DNA from: an uncultured Acidobacteriota bacterium
GTDB lineage: Bacteria; Acidobacteriota; Thermoanaerobaculia; Multivoradales; UBA5704
Length of the DNA: 64,000 bases
Assembly (NCBI GenBank): GCA_963770895.1
Contig: CAVYRF010000002.1
Location: 800,001 to 864,000, forward strand
Direction of reading: 5' to 3'
Below, one piece after another: positions 31,397 through 41,800 of this stretch; position 1 is the first letter of the stretch; each line of letters begins with the position of its first letter. The notes below the pieces were generated by a model. The model did no database searches, had not been told where the DNA came from, and worked only from the letters and a program-made list of their open reading frames with translations. A program made the translations under genes and the position numbers.

Positions 31397-32832
31397 GCCG
31401 TCGCTTTCTTGAGCAGCGCCGCGGGGTAGCGCCCCAGCGCCCGCGATACCGGCAGCACGCTAGCCACCACCGCCACCGCCAATCCCATCAGCACGGCGAA
31501 CGGCAGCAGCACCGGGGTCCACGGCACGGCGACGCCCAGCGCGCCGGCCCCCAGCAGGCGCCCGGCGACCAACCCCAGGCCGCCGCCGGCGAGCCCGCCC
31601 AGGCAGCCGAGCAGCGCCGCCTCCGACAGGAAGAACAGCACCACCCGGCGGCGCGCCTCGCCGATCGCCACCAGCAGTCCCGCCTCCAGCCGCCGCTCCA
31701 GGACCGTCGCCGTCATCGCCGCCGTCACCCCGACGGCGGCGCCGGCCAGGGCCACGACGGCCAGCGCCAGCAGCACGCCGCGCAGGCGGCCCAGAACGTC
31801 GGCGGTGGCGCCGGCGACTTCCGTCAGCACCCGCGCCCGCGCCTCGGGCAGCGCCTGCTGCAGCTGGAACGCCACCGACGACGGATAGGCGGTGCAGTAC
31901 CAGGTTTCGTACTCGCGCGGCGTCATGTGCGCCGGGTCGCGCACGTTGCGGCTCTCGGGGTTGGTCTGGGCGTAAATCTCGGCACGCACGAACCGGCCCG
32001 GGCGGCCGGCCAGGCCGGCCACGACCGGCAGCGGCACGAACGCTTCGTCGTCTTCCTCGCCGCCGCTGGTGACCACCCCCACCACGCGCAGCCGCTGCGC
32101 ACGGGCTCCTAGCGACGCCAGCAGCTCGCCGGTAATGGGAGCGATGGGAGCGGTGGGAGCGGTGGGAGCGGTGGAGCTGAAACCCAGACGCTGCGCCAGC
32201 CGGCGGCCCAGCACGACCTCCGGCTCGGCGTCGGCGGTGGCGTCGGTTGCGGCGGTGGCGACGGGCGCAGGCGTGGCGCTGGTGGCGGCTGCCGATGCCG
32301 GGAGGTCGCGCGGCCAGCGCCCGGCAATGCGCAGCGTCGGCCGCGTCGCCGGCAGGCCGGTCGTCCAGCCATCTTCCAGCGGATGCCGGAACCAGGTCCC
32401 CACCACCTCGGCCACCGCCCCGGACGGCGAGGCGGCCTCCGGCGCGGCCATCGGCGCGACCGTGACCGCGGCCGCCGCTGCCGAGGGCGCCGGCGGCCCT
32501 GCCGCGACCCGCGCCGCGGCGGGCGCCGCGCCAACCACCGCCAGGCGCAGGCGCAGCGGATAGAACGGCGCCAGGGCGATGACGTTGTTGCGCCAGAAGA
32601 TGTGCCGCACCTGGGCGAGCCGCGCCACGTCGAGCAGCGGGCCGCCCGGCGCCGGCACCAGCTCCAGGTTGGCACCGTAGGAAGCCAGCTCGGCCGCCAG
32701 GCGGTCGCCGGATGCCAGCGTCACCTCGCCCAGCGCGGTGGCGCCCAGGGTGCCGAGCGCCACGGCGCTCACCGCCAGCAGCTTCCGCCGGGTGCCGCGG
32801 CGCAGCGATTCAAGCAGCAGGCGCGTGTACAT
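31393..32832 (-). CDS. FtsX/MacB-like ABC permease
   Basis: ELASYGANL, IFWRNNV, YETWYCTAYPSS, ERRLEAGLLVAIG. Confidence 0.85.
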   Translation of the reverse strand: MYTRLLLESLRRGTRRKLLAVSAVALGTLGATALGEVTLASGDRLAAELASYGANLELVPAPGGPLLDVARLAQVRHIFWRNNVIALAPFYPLRLRLAVVGAAPAAARVAAGPPAPSAAAAAVTVAPMAAPEAASPSGAVAEVVGTWFRHPLEDGWTTGLPATRPTLRIAGRWPRDLPASAAATSATPAPVATAATDATADAEPEVVLGRRLAQRLGFSSTAPTAPTAPIAPITGELLASLGARAQRLRVVGVVTSGGEEDDEAFVPLPVVAGLAGRPGRFVRAEIYAQTNPESRNVRDPAHMTPREYETWYCTAYPSSVAFQLQQALPEARARVLTEVAGATADVLGRLRGVLLALAVVALAGAAVGVTAAMTATVLERRLEAGLLVAIGEARRRVVLFFLSEAALLGCLGGLAGGGLGLVAGRLLGAGALGVAVPWTPVLLPFAVLMGLAVAVVASVLPVSRALGRYPAALLKKATA

Positions 32833-32856
32833 GGGTGTCGGGCGGTGCGCCCTCGC

Positions 32857-34242
32857 TCACATGCCGGGGTGCCGCATGGCGGCGGCGGCGCTGAAGATCG
32901 GCAGGCCCGCCGCCAGGTCGCGCGCCGCAAAGACCAGCTGGTCGCCTTGGCGGCGCGCCCGCAACGGCACCGGATTGCAGCCGCCGTGCTGGCCGATGCT
33001 GGGCGGATAGATGGTCGAGCCGCAGTGCAGGCAGGCGATGTTGGGACCGTCCTGGTAGTAGCCCTTGGGACCGCAGATCTCGCACGCGTCAAAGGCGGTG
33101 GCGATCGCCGTGTCCGGCTTCGCCGGATCGTCCAGCGGCACGGCGATGAAACGCACCGTAACGCCTGCCGGGACGGTCGGCAAGGTCACGGCATAGCGGC
33201 GCAGCGCGGTGCCGTGGAAGTCGGCCAGCGGCACCCGCACCAGGCCGTCGGCGCCGACCGGGAGCGATCGCGCCGGCGACAGCGCGGCCGGCGGCCGCGA
33301 ATAGACGAAGCCCAGACCCAGGGCGGCCAGGATGGCAACGCCCAGAGTGCCGGCCAGGACGCGGGCGCGCGCCTGGCGCTGGGCGCTGGCGCGCTCCAGG
33401 CGGGCGGCGGCACCGCTGGCTGGGCGCTCCTCGCCGCCACCGGACGGCGCCGGCGCCCCCGCCGGCACGGGCGGCCCCAAGGCGGCGCCGGACCCGGCAG
33501 CGCCCGGCGAGCGCCGGCCCGGAATCAGCAGCATCAGCAGCGGCAGCACCAGCACGGCGGCGATGAAGAAGAACTCGTTCTTGGCCAGCGGGCCGATCGC
33601 CGCCATGGTGGTCTGGTTGGCGGGCAGCCAGCCCGCCTCGGCCAGCTCGTGGTAGCCGTCCACCAGCAGCTGCACGATGAAGATCCCCAGGGCGATGCCG
33701 GTGATCTTGAAAAACCGCCCCAGGTCGACCCGCACGCTGCCGCGCACGAACAGCACGCCGAAGACAAAGGCCGCCCCAAGACCGATCAGCACCCCCAGCA
33801 GGGTCTGCAGGCCGCCGCTGGTCAGCGACAGGGCGGACAGGAAGAGCACGGTTTCCATGCCCTCGCGGAAGACCATCAGAAACGTGAACAGGAAGATGCC
33901 CATGGCGACGGACGTGCCCCGCTCGCGGGTCAGGATGCGCGCCAGGGCGCCCTTCATCTGGCCCGACAGCCCTTTGCTGTGGCGCCACATCCACACCAGC
34001 ATGGAGCCCACCACCACCGCGGCGATCAGGTAGAGGAAGCCTTCCAGCACGTCCTCGTCCAGCGTCAGGCGGCGCAGCGCGACGCCGCCGGCAAGGCTGG
34101 CGGCGATCGCCACCACGATGCCCGCCCACACCGCCCCCAGGTAGCGTCCGGCCGCCTCCCGGCGCAGGAAGGCGGCGATGATGCCCACCACCAGGGCCAC
34201 CTCGACCCCTTCGCGCAACGTCACGATCAGCGCTTCAACCAT
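32857..34242 (-). CDS. FTR1 iron permease fused to a DUF2318 Fe-S membrane domain
   Basis: Two RExxE motifs (REGVE, REGME); C-terminal AFDACEIC..GYYQ...CLHC...GGCNPVPL; ATG 34242. Confidence 0.88.
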   Translation of the reverse strand: MVEALIVTLREGVEVALVVGIIAAFLRREAAGRYLGAVWAGIVVAIAASLAGGVALRRLTLDEDVLEGFLYLIAAVVVGSMLVWMWRHSKGLSGQMKGALARILTRERGTSVAMGIFLFTFLMVFREGMETVLFLSALSLTSGGLQTLLGVLIGLGAAFVFGVLFVRGSVRVDLGRFFKITGIALGIFIVQLLVDGYHELAEAGWLPANQTTMAAIGPLAKNEFFFIAAVLVLPLLMLLIPGRRSPGAAGSGAALGPPVPAGAPAPSGGGEERPASGAAARLERASAQRQARARVLAGTLGVAILAALGLGFVYSRPPAALSPARSLPVGADGLVRVPLADFHGTALRRYAVTLPTVPAGVTVRFIAVPLDDPAKPDTAIATAFDACEICGPKGYYQDGPNIACLHCGSTIYPPSIGQHGGCNPVPLRARRQGDQLVFAARDLAAGLPIFSAAAAMRHPGM

Positions 34243-34726
34243 GGACCCCTCGCGCCGCACGCGCTTCGGCCGCCGGTCCCGCCGGTGTCTCGCGCGCCGC
34301 GCAGCTCTTGCAGAAGCCGTTGATCTGCAAGCTGTGGGCGGTGGGCAGGAAGCCGTGGGCGCGGCAGATCTCCGCCTGCAAGGCGGCGATGCCGGGGCTC
34401 ACGAACTCCACCACCCTGCCGCAGGCGGTGCACACCAGGTGATCGTGTCGCTGGCCGCCATGGACGTGCTCGTACAGGAAGCGCCGCCGGCCCAGCCGCT
34501 GCCGCCGCACCAGGCCACTCTCCACCAGCAGCTCCAGGTTGCGGTACACCGTGGCGCGCGAGATCTTCAAGCCGCGCTGCCGCACCGCCGCCAGCAGCTG
34601 CTCGGCATCGATATGCCCATGCTGGCGGAACACTTCGTCCAGCAGCGTCAGCCGCTCGGCGGTGACCCGCTGGCGCCGCTCCCGCAGGAAGCTGAGAAAC
34701 CGGTCTTTTTCACGCTGATCTTGCAT
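34235..34726 (-). CDS. fur: Fur family transcriptional regulator
   Basis: HIDAEQL, ISRATVYRNLELL, HDHLVCTACG, CKSC. Confidence 0.88.
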   Translation of the reverse strand: MQDQREKDRFLSFLRERRQRVTAERLTLLDEVFRQHGHIDAEQLLAAVRQRGLKISRATVYRNLELLVESGLVRRQRLGRRRFLYEHVHGGQRHDHLVCTACGRVVEFVSPGIAALQAEICRAHGFLPTAHSLQINGFCKSCAARETPAGPAAEARAARGVHG

Positions 34727-34761
34727 GGCACCGCCACGAACCCCAGCTCACCCACTCCCTA

Positions 34762-34780
34762 ATTGAGATTCTATCTCAGT
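34762..34780. promoter_or_regulatory. Fur-box-like palindrome
   Basis: TGAGAT-TCT-ATCTCA (34764-34778), about 35 bp upstream of the fur start. Confidence 0.75.
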
Positions 34781-34790
34781 AGGGATCCAG

Positions 34791-34820
34791 ATTGTGGACG
34801 GAACCAGTCCAGTTTGTCAA
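34791..34820 (-). promoter_or_regulatory. Sigma70-type promoter of the fur/iron operon
   Basis: TTGACA (34820-34815), 18-nt spacer, CACAAT (34796-34791). Confidence 0.6.
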
Positions 34821-34962
34821 CCTGCGGGGACCGCGAGCCGCTCCCGCGCGGGGCCGGGCGGCGCCGACCTGCAGCTGGCGGTGCATCTCACGGCCGGGCG
34901 GTCCGGGAATGCGGCTGCGCAGCGCCGGCCGGGCGCCGGCGCGCGCGACCAGGGGGGAGGGG

Positions 34963-36303
<1,341 letters not shown>

Positions 36304-36489
36304 GCCGTGTTCTCCTTTGTTTCAGCTGGGCGGGCACCTGCGTCCTGCAGCTGGCGGGCACCTGCGGCGCTCCGTGCAGCCGAGCCCCAGGCCGGATTCT
36401 AGCGTCTGGCCGAGAGCAGGCGCAACCAAGGAGCTCGCGGGGCCGGTCCCGCGGCGTCGCGGCGCGGCGGGCCGCCGCGGCGCCTGGGC

Positions 36490-36870
36490 TCAGGGCTCGT
36501 AGGCGGCGCAGGCGGTGTCGTTTTCCCACACCTCGACCCGCACCACGGCCAGGCCTCGCCCGTCGCCGTCGGCGGGCAGGCGCCCCGCGACCTCGTCGAA
36601 GACGTAGGCGGCGAGCAGCTCGGCGGTGGTGTTGCGCTGATCGAACGGCGGCACCTCGTTGAGGACGCGGTGATCGAACGGCCCCAGGATCTCGCGCACG
36701 ATCGCCTTCAGGTCGGAAAAGTCGAGCACCATGCCGAGCTGGTCCAGGCGCTCGGCCCGCAGGTGCACGCGCACCCGGTAGTTGTGGCCGTGCAGGTTCT
36801 GGCAGCCGCGGGTGTGGCCGCGGATGGCGTGCGCCGCCGAAAACGAGAAATCCTTGAAGATGGAGTGCAT
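36490..36870 (-). CDS. queD: 6-carboxy-5,6,7,8-tetrahydropterin synthase
   Basis: FSAAH, CQNLHGHNY, GMVLDF, DHRVLNE, TAELLA, VWE; ATG 36870. Confidence 0.9.
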   Translation of the reverse strand: MHSIFKDFSFSAAHAIRGHTRGCQNLHGHNYRVRVHLRAERLDQLGMVLDFSDLKAIVREILGPFDHRVLNEVPPFDQRNTTAELLAAYVFDEVAGRLPADGDGRGLAVVRVEVWENDTACAAYEP

Positions 36871-36884
36871 GGCGTCCCGGCCTT

Positions 36885-37907
36885 TCACGACGCGCGAAGA
36901 TACTCGACGGTTGGCGGCAGCCCCTGCTCGAGGCCGCGCGGGCTCCAGCCCAGCTCGCGGCGGGCGCGGCCGTCGTCGAATGCCCAGTGGCGGGTGAGGC
37001 TGCCCAGCTGCTCGGCGGAAAACGGCGGCCGGCGCCGCCGGCGGCCCGACGCCGCCGACACCCCCGCCGGCGCCGCGCCGGCGCCGCGCCGGTAGAACGG
37101 CAGCATCGCCGCCAGCAGCAGGCGCGCCACGCCGAGCGGCGCGTCCCAGCGCGGCGGCCGCACGCCGCCCAGGGCGCACACCCGCGCCACCGCCGCGCGC
37201 AGGGTCGCCACTTCCCCGGCCAGCACGAAGTCGCGGCCGGGCGGCGCCTGCTCCATCACCCTCTGGATCGCGTCCACGGCATCGTCCAAGTAGATCCAGC
37301 TCAGCTTGCGCCGCCCCCCCGCCATCACCACGTAGCCGCCGCCGAGCACGCGCGCGACGAGCGCATTGGCACCGCCGCGCCGCCCCGGCGGACCGTAGAC
37401 CAGGCCGGGATAGACGGTGTTGACCTTGAGCAGCCCCCGCCGGGCGTACCCTTCGATCACCTGCTGGCCGGCGTGCTTGGTGGCGCTGTAGCGGGTCGGA
37501 AACGGCGGCCGCGGCGCCGCGCCTTCGTCCGCCAGGGAGCCGTCCTCGGGGCTGCCGCCAAACCGGGCGACCGACGACACCGAGAGGAAGCGTCCGACGC
37601 CCAGCTTGTAGGCCAGCGACGCCACGTTTTCGCACCCCTGCACGTTGGCCGCCTGCATGCGCGCCGGCGGCGCGTCGGGGTCCACCTCGGCGCCGGCGTG
37701 GATCACCCAATCGCTGCCCGACATCCCCTCGCGCATCGAGGCGCGGTCCGCCAGGTCGCCGGTGAACGTCGCGATGCCCAGGCTGGCCAGCGCCTCCAGC
37801 TGGCTGGTCGGCCGCACCAGCGCGCGCACCTCGTGCCCCGCCGCCGCCAGGCGGCCGGCGAGACGGCTGCCGATGTAGCCGGTGGCGCCGGTCAGGAACA
37901 CGCGCAT
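36885..37907 (-). CDS. NAD-dependent epimerase/dehydratase family protein
   Basis: MRVFLTGATGYIG, YSATK (YxxxK), VYGP; ATG 37907. Confidence 0.88.
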   Translation of the reverse strand: MRVFLTGATGYIGSRLAGRLAAAGHEVRALVRPTSQLEALASLGIATFTGDLADRASMREGMSGSDWVIHAGAEVDPDAPPARMQAANVQGCENVASLAYKLGVGRFLSVSSVARFGGSPEDGSLADEGAAPRPPFPTRYSATKHAGQQVIEGYARRGLLKVNTVYPGLVYGPPGRRGGANALVARVLGGGYVVMAGGRRKLSWIYLDDAVDAIQRVMEQAPPGRDFVLAGEVATLRAAVARVCALGGVRPPRWDAPLGVARLLLAAMLPFYRRGAGAAPAGVSAASGRRRRRPPFSAEQLGSLTRHWAFDDGRARRELGWSPRGLEQGLPPTVEYLRAS

Positions 37908-37992
37908 GGCGCGCGATTGTACTCCCGTGTGACAGCGATCCAGGATTTTGAACCAAAGGGAATCGTCAGGATACCTACCGTGTTGCAGGATA

Positions 37993-38103
37993 GGACGGGT
38001 GTTTGGGAGTAGAGCCCGTTCGCGGAGGCGTTCCTCCGACAATCTCCATAACTCCCTCTCCTCCCCCCGCATCGTCTCCCTCCACGGTGCGGGGCTTTTT
38101 ATT
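37993..38103 (+). ncRNA. Candidate small RNA with three hairpins, CU-rich anti-SD segments and an intrinsic terminator
   Basis: Stems 37993-38021, 38023-38038 and 38065-38094, followed by CTTTTTATT; intergenic between divergent genes. Confidence 0.5.
38065..38103 (+). terminator. Rho-independent terminator
   Basis: CCCCGCATCG / CGGTGCGGGG stem plus U-tract. Confidence 0.75.
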
Positions 38104-38146
38104 GCCCGCGGGAGCATAATGGGCGGGTCCTCTGGCTTCGATTCCA

Positions 38147-39622
38147 ATGTCCGACCGCATCACCCTACCCCTGTGGCTGGTCCTGGTGCTGCTGCTGCTC
38201 GCCAGCTGGGCAACCCTCGACCGGCTGCTGGTGCCCAGCGTGCGGTGGTACCTGCGGCGGCGGGTCAACCGCGTCATCGACGAGCTCAACGCACGGCTCA
38301 AGATCGGCATTCAGCCGTTCCAGCGCACCCGCCGCCAGGTGCTCATCGACCGCCTGCTGTACGACCCGTCGGTGCTGCAGGCGGTCGACCTGTCCGCCCG
38401 CGAAAGCCACGTGCCGCGCGAGGTGCTGCTGGCGGACGTGGAGCGCTACGCGCGCGAGATCGTGCCGGCGTTCAACGCCTACTTCTACTTCCGCCTGGGC
38501 TACTGGCTGTCGCGATGGTTCGCCCGCCTGCTGTTTCGCGTGCGCCTGGCCGCCGTCGACGAAGCCGGCCTGGCGGCGGTGCCCGCCGACTCGACGGTGG
38601 TCTTCCTGATGAACCACCGCAGCAACATGGACTACATCCTGGTCACCTACCTGGCCGCCGACCGCACGGCGCTGTCCTACGCGGTGGGCGAATGGGCGCG
38701 CATCTGGCCGCTGCAAACCCTCATCCGCGCGACCGGCGCCTATTTCGTCCGCCGCAACTCGCGCGACCCTCTGTATCGCCGCGTCCTTTCGCGCTACATC
38801 CAGATGGCGACGGCGGCCGGCGTCACCCAGGCCGTCTACCCCGAGGGGGGGCTGTCGCGCGACGGCCATCTGCGCCCGCCCAAGCTCGGCCTGCTCGATT
38901 ACATGCTGCGCAGCTTCGATCCCCAGGGCGAGCGCGACCTGGTGTTCATCCCCGTCGGTCTCAACTACGACCGCACGCTCGAAGACCGGACGCTGCTGCT
39001 CGACGTCGAACCGCGCCCGGACGCCAGGCCGCGGCGGGCGGCCGGCACCACCGCGCGCTTCGTGCTGCGCCAGCTGGCGCTTGCGGCGCGCAGCCGCTGG
39101 CACCGCTTCGGCTACGCCTGCGTCGTCTTCGGCAGGCCGATCTCGATGCGGGCGTACCTGGGGGCGCACGGGCTCGATTTTCGCGCGCTGCCGGCGGCTG
39201 AGCACTCGGCGCACCTGGAAGCGCTGGGCACTGAGCTGATGGCGGCGGTCGGCGCCGTCATACCGGTCGTGCCGGTGGCGCTGATGGCGGCGGTCTTCGT
39301 CGAACGGGCAGAACGGGGTCTGCCGCCGCTTTCGCCGCTGGAATTGAAGGCCGCGGCCTACCGGCGGATGGCCGACCTGGCGCTGGCCGGCGCCACGGTC
39401 TACGTGCCGCGGCGCGATCAGGACTACGCCATCGAAGCCGGTCTGCGCATGCTGACCCTGCGCCACCTGGTCGAGGAGCGCCAGGGGCTGTTCGCCGCCA
39501 ATCCCGCGGAGCTGACCCTGCTGCGCTACTACGCCAACTCGATCGATCACTTCCGCGCCGCGCCCGCCGCCGCCGCCGCCGCAACGCAACTCGCCGCCGC
39601 CGGCGCCGTATCCAGCGGTTGA
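38147..39622 (+). CDS. Glycerol-3-phosphate acyltransferase (PlsB/PlsC-like)
   Basis: NHRSNMD (HxxxxD), FVRR, YPEGGLSRDG, IPVGLNYD. Confidence 0.88.
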   Translation: MSDRITLPLWLVLVLLLLASWATLDRLLVPSVRWYLRRRVNRVIDELNARLKIGIQPFQRTRRQVLIDRLLYDPSVLQAVDLSARESHVPREVLLADVERYAREIVPAFNAYFYFRLGYWLSRWFARLLFRVRLAAVDEAGLAAVPADSTVVFLMNHRSNMDYILVTYLAADRTALSYAVGEWARIWPLQTLIRATGAYFVRRNSRDPLYRRVLSRYIQMATAAGVTQAVYPEGGLSRDGHLRPPKLGLLDYMLRSFDPQGERDLVFIPVGLNYDRTLEDRTLLLDVEPRPDARPRRAAGTTARFVLRQLALAARSRWHRFGYACVVFGRPISMRAYLGAHGLDFRALPAAEHSAHLEALGTELMAAVGAVIPVVPVALMAAVFVERAERGLPPLSPLELKAAAYRRMADLALAGATVYVPRRDQDYAIEAGLRMLTLRHLVEERQGLFAANPAELTLLRYYANSIDHFRAAPAAAAAATQLAAAGAVSSG

Positions 39623-39635
39623 CCCCCCTCGCGCC

Positions 39636-40979
39636 ATGCGGACCCAACGACGCAGCACCGGCCATCGCAGCACCAGCGCCTGGCGCATCCAGCCGCCGGG
39701 GTCGGAGCCGGACACCACCGCCCCGCCAACCAAAAAGCCCAAGAAACAACGGCGCCAGCGGGACCGCAAGGGGCCCGGCCTGGCCGAGCGGCTGCTGGAC
39801 TTCCTGCGCGAATACACCGCGGGCGTCAACACCGGCGAGGTCAAGCGCCTGTTCCGGCGTGACGCCACCAGCGCCTACTCGGTGCTGACCCGCGAGCATG
39901 CCGAGCTGCCGCAGCCGAAGCCCGGTCTCAAGCGCCTGCTGTTCCGCGTCAAGCTCGCCTTCCTGGGTCTGTCCTACAAGCTGACCCCGGCACGGCGGAT
40001 GCTCTTTGCCGCCTCCCTGATCTGCCTGGTCGTGGCGCTCATGTCGGGCAGCTGCCGCGTCGACATGGAGTCGCACCATCGCATCACCCACCTCTCGATC
40101 GACTTCTCGCCGATCCTGTTCGTGGCCTGCGCCGGCGGCCTGGTCTTCCTGCTGGCGCTGGAGCTGGTCGACCGCATCCGCGTGCGCGACGAGCTGGAAG
40201 TGGCGCGCGAGCTGCAGGCCGAGCTGCTGCCGCACGGCACCATCGACCTGCCGGGCTACCGGATCGCCCACTCCTACCGCACCGCCAACGAGGTGGGAGG
40301 CGACTACTACGAGGTGATCCAGCTGCCGGACGGCAGGGTGGCCCTGATGGTCGGCGACGCCACCGGGCACGGCATGGCCGCCGGCCTGGTGATGGCGATC
40401 GCCAACGCCACGCTCAAGACCGCTCTGGACCTGGACCCCGATCCCCGCCGCGTGCTGGCGCTGCTCAATCGCACTCTCTGCCGCACCGGCACCCGCCGCA
40501 CCTTCATGACCGTCTTCTACGCCCTGCTCACCCCCGCCACCGGCGAGCTGGTCGCGATCAGCGCCGGCCACCCCTACCCGGTGCTGCGCCGGGCAGCCGG
40601 CGGCATCGAAGAGCTGGGGCGCGGCGGCCTGCCGCTCGGGGTCCGGGACCACCTGGCGCCCGAGCCGCAGACGACGACGCTCGCGCCTGGCGACATGCTG
40701 CTGCTCTACACCGACGGTCTGGCCGAGGCGATCAACGCCAACTCCGAGGCTTTCGGCTACGACCGCATCGCCTCGCTCACGCGCCTGGGCGGCGCGCCGC
40801 AAGAGGTGCACGACCGCGTGCTGGCAAACTTCGACTTCCACATCGGCGGCGAGCCGCTGCGCGACGACCTCACCCTGCTGGTCGTCGCGCGCGACAGGGC
40901 GGCCCCGACCGCCGCCGTCGGCGCTGCCACCGCCGCCGCTGCCGGGACCGCGGCTCCCCTGCCCGTCGGTCCGGCATGA
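39636..40979 (+). CDS. Membrane-anchored PP2C/SpoIIE-type Ser/Thr phosphatase; start uncertain
   Basis: VGGDYY, GDATGHG, SAGHP, YTDGLAE, DDLT; two TM segments. Confidence 0.88.
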   Translation: MRTQRRSTGHRSTSAWRIQPPGSEPDTTAPPTKKPKKQRRQRDRKGPGLAERLLDFLREYTAGVNTGEVKRLFRRDATSAYSVLTREHAELPQPKPGLKRLLFRVKLAFLGLSYKLTPARRMLFAASLICLVVALMSGSCRVDMESHHRITHLSIDFSPILFVACAGGLVFLLALELVDRIRVRDELEVARELQAELLPHGTIDLPGYRIAHSYRTANEVGGDYYEVIQLPDGRVALMVGDATGHGMAAGLVMAIANATLKTALDLDPDPRRVLALLNRTLCRTGTRRTFMTVFYALLTPATGELVAISAGHPYPVLRRAAGGIEELGRGGLPLGVRDHLAPEPQTTTLAPGDMLLLYTDGLAEAINANSEAFGYDRIASLTRLGGAPQEVHDRVLANFDFHIGGEPLRDDLTLLVVARDRAAPTAAVGAATAAAAGTAAPLPVGPA

Positions 40980-41800
40980 AGCGCGCGACCGGCGGCGATG
41001 TTCGCCGGAGCGACCGCGGCGAGCGGCCGCCGCGGTGGTTCGCCGTGCCGCTGACCGACGCCCTCAACGGCCTGGAGCTGTGCCTGGGCGGCGGCTGGCG
41101 CGGGCTGGCGCTGATCGCCGCCGGGATGCTCGCGGGGTGGTGGGTCTACGTGCCGGTGCACGAGCTGCTGCACGCGGCGGGCTGCTGGCTGGCCGGCGGC
41201 GCGGTGCGGCGGCTGGAGATCGGCACGCTCTACGGCGGCGCGGCGCTGGCCCGCGTGCTGCCCTTTGTCGTCGGCGGCAGCGACTACGCCGGGCGCCTCT
41301 CGGGCTTCGACACCAGGGGCAGCGACCTGGTGTACCTGGCGACCGACCTGTGCCCCTTCCTGCTCAGCGTGTTTCCCGGCGTCTGGTGGTTGCGCCGCGC
41401 CGCCCGCGGCCGCCACCCTGTGCTGTTCGGCGCTTCGCTGCCGGTGGCGCTGGCGCCGTTTCTGTCGCTGACCGGCGACGCCTACGAAATCGGCTCGATC
41501 CTGGTCACCCGGCTGCCGCCCTGGGCGGCGCCCGCGGTGCGCCAGCTGCTGCGCGGGGACGACCTGGGGCTGCGCTGGAGCGCCCTGAGCGCGGCGGCGG
41601 CCGCGTGCGGCGGCAGCGCCGGCGCCGTCAGCGCCGCGCTCGGACCTTGCGCCGCGGCGCTGTCGCGCCTGCGGGAGGGATGCGTGTTGGCCGCGCTGGC
41701 CGGGCTCGGCTGGGCGCTCCTCACCTACGGGTGCGGCGCCGCCGTGGCGCGCGCCGCCGGACAGCCTGCCTTGCGGCCGGCGCCGCCGCCTACTGGCTGA
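40976..41800 (+). CDS. Membrane protein with HExxH motif (putative zinc metalloprotease)
   Basis: PVHELLHAAG; several hydrophobic segments; ATGA overlap with the PP2C gene. Confidence 0.6.
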   Translation: MKRATGGDVRRSDRGERPPRWFAVPLTDALNGLELCLGGGWRGLALIAAGMLAGWWVYVPVHELLHAAGCWLAGGAVRRLEIGTLYGGAALARVLPFVVGGSDYAGRLSGFDTRGSDLVYLATDLCPFLLSVFPGVWWLRRAARGRHPVLFGASLPVALAPFLSLTGDAYEIGSILVTRLPPWAAPAVRQLLRGDDLGLRWSALSAAAAACGGSAGAVSAALGPCAAALSRLREGCVLAALAGLGWALLTYGCGAAVARAAGQPALRPAPPPTG

